64,000 nucleotides of DNA from an uncultured Methanolobus sp. (lineage in GTDB: Archaea; Halobacteriota; Methanosarcinia; Methanosarcinales; Methanosarcinaceae). The stretch spans positions 1,952,001 through 2,016,000 of the forward strand of contig OY776215.1 of assembly GCA_963675495.1 (NCBI GenBank), in the 5' to 3' direction. Made by a program: the position numbers and the translations under genes. Positions 62,493-64,000 of the stretch are shown one piece after another; the first letter of the stretch is position 1, and each line of letters begins with the position of its first letter. The notes below the pieces were generated by a model, which made no database searches, had not been told where the DNA came from, and worked only from the letters and a program-made list of their open reading frames with translations.

Positions 62493-62852
62493 TTAATGGC
62501 AGCGATTTTCAAAATCAATTTTATCACCTATGTTTATTTCCATTTTATCAGATTTCCCATGGGATGTTTCTATGATATATTTGACTTTTTCTTTGCAGGA
62601 GCACATGCCGATCCAGGCTTGCAGGCTGGATGTCTGAATAACTCTTTTTTGCTCATCAAGAAAAATAGCATCAATTGGATAATTGACGAAAAGCATGTGT
62701 AACGATACTTTCTGTGCCTTTTTCATTACAAACACCAGGGCATAGCTATCCGGTATCCTCCTGCTGAACATGAGTCCCTTCACCTGTTTAAATAGGCTAC
62801 ACGCAAAAGCAACGTCCGTTGCTATCTCTTTACCATTAGATATTAATATCAT
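62493..62852 (-). CDS. DUF192 family protein
   Basis: KGLMF, HMLFVNYPIDAIFLD. Confidence 0.85.
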   Translation of the reverse strand: MILISNGKEIATDVAFACSLFKQVKGLMFSRRIPDSYALVFVMKKAQKVSLHMLFVNYPIDAIFLDEQKRVIQTSSLQAWIGMCSCKEKVKYIIETSHGKSDKMEINIGDKIDFENRCH

Positions 62853-62939
62853 CGAAGTTTTACTCTATTAATCTATTTTAGTTAAATGCATATATGGAGT
62901 GTTTAAAATAGATAATAATATCGGAGGAAATACCAGAAG

Positions 62940-63248
62940 ATGAGTTCGGAAATGTGTTCGGTCTGTGGACTACCAAAAGAGCTTTGCATATGCGAAGAAG
63001 TGGCAAAAGAGCAGCAAAGAATAATTGTAAAAGTAAATAGAAGACGGTATGGGAAAGAAGTAACGGTTGTAGAGGGTTTTGACGCACACGAAATCGACCT
63101 TCATGAACTTTCAACTTATCTCAAGTCTAAATTTGCATGCGGTGGGACAGTAAAAGGAAATTCGGTAGAATTACAGGGCAATCACCTTAGCCGTATGAAG
63201 GATGTTCTTATTGAAAGAGGATTTTCTCCAGATCAGATAAAGAATTGA
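62940..63248 (+). CDS. Translation initiation factor aIF1 (SUI1)
   Basis: [36 protein letters not shown]. Confidence 0.95.
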   Translation: MSSEMCSVCGLPKELCICEEVAKEQQRIIVKVNRRRYGKEVTVVEGFDAHEIDLHELSTYLKSKFACGGTVKGNSVELQGNHLSRMKDVLIERGFSPDQIKN

Positions 63249-63380
63249 TCTTATTTTCTCTTATGTGTGGAATATCCACACATACTCTAGCAGTATTTTT
63301 CTGCTTGAATGTAATTCTTCAGTGTTCTTTGCTGAAGGATATTTATTTATTGAACGTATTCTCTACTAGATATAGATATT

Positions 63381-64000
63381 ATGAAGCGGATCTATATGGA
63401 CCACAGTGCAACCACACCTGTTGATTCTTTGGTGGTTGACGCAATGTTACCTTATTTTACTGAGATGTTTGGTAATTCATCCAGTCTGCATTCTTTTGGC
63501 ATGGAGGCGGCAGAAGCACTTTCCATGGCGCGTGAACAGGTTGCAGAGGCGATCGGTGCTTTGCCTGAAGAGATTATTTTCACATCAGGTGGGACGGAAT
63601 CAGACAATCTTGCAATAAGGGGTGTAATCCCTAGCAATTCAGGGAAAAAACACGTTATCACCTCAGTTATTGAGCATCCTGCAGTGCTTAATACCTGTGA
63701 GTATATTGAAAGTCTGGGTCATGAAGTTACATATGTTCCTGTTGATTCTGATGGTGTGGTAGACCTTGAAATGATAAAGGAATCCATTCGTGAGAATACG
63801 GTTCTCATAAGTGTGATGCATGCCAACAATGAGGTAGGCACCATTCAACCCATAAAGGAAATTGCACAAATTGCAAGTAAACACAACATCTTGTTCCATA
63901 CTGATGCAGTACAGACCGTAGGTAAGATTCCTGTCAATGTGGATGAGCTTGGTATTGATATGCTTTCTATCTCTTCCCATAAGATACACGGTCCAAAAGG
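63381..64000 (+). CDS. iscS: Cysteine desulfurase (runs off the window end; absent from the ORF track)
   Basis: MKRIYMDHSATTP, FTSGGTESDN, EHPAV, NNEVGTIQP, HTDAVQ, SSHKIHGPK. Confidence 0.92.
   Translation, partial: MKRIYMDHSATTPVDSLVVDAMLPYFTEMFGNSSSLHSFGMEAAEALSMAREQVAEAIGALPEEIIFTSGGTESDNLAIRGVIPSNSGKKHVITSVIEHPAVLNTCEYIESLGHEVTYVPVDSDGVVDLEMIKESIRENTVLISVMHANNEVGTIQPIKEIAQIASKHNILFHTDAVQTVGKIPVNVDELGIDMLSISSHKIHGPK

Overview
Archaeal chromosomal segment from a methylotrophic Methanosarcinaceae methanogen (Methanolobus/Methanococcoides-like, inferred from thermosome, RadA, CDC48, archaeal RibK, PEF/PGF-CTERM proteins and bacterial-type MutS/MutL). Housekeeping genes (ribK-ribB, ychF, thermosome, bioY-ECF, mutS/mutL, cbiDE-cbiMNQO, nfo, coaD, radA, cdc48, purL, aIF1, partial iscS) and two tRNAs (Pro-GGG, Arg-GCG) flank two accessory regions. 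The first (about 11.4-21 kb, after tRNA-Arg) holds a rhomboid-like protease, PEF/PGF-CTERM surface proteins, an octaheme OTR-type cytochrome c and an RNase HI fusion whose frame runs through an in-frame TAG (pyrrolysine candidate). The second (about 30.5-38.4 kb) is a putative defence cluster: a lipid-anchored alpha-2-macroglobulin/complement-like thioester protein with a C3-type catalytic His, a PARIS-like ABC-ATPase plus TOPRIM pair, and a SLATT (DUF4231) protein. Notable non-coding structure: a 98-bp x3.5 tandem array reiterating the tRNA-Pro 3' end, a near-identical 36-bp element upstream of both mutS and mutL, and several palindromic operators. All family calls come from reading motifs by eye; no searches were run.
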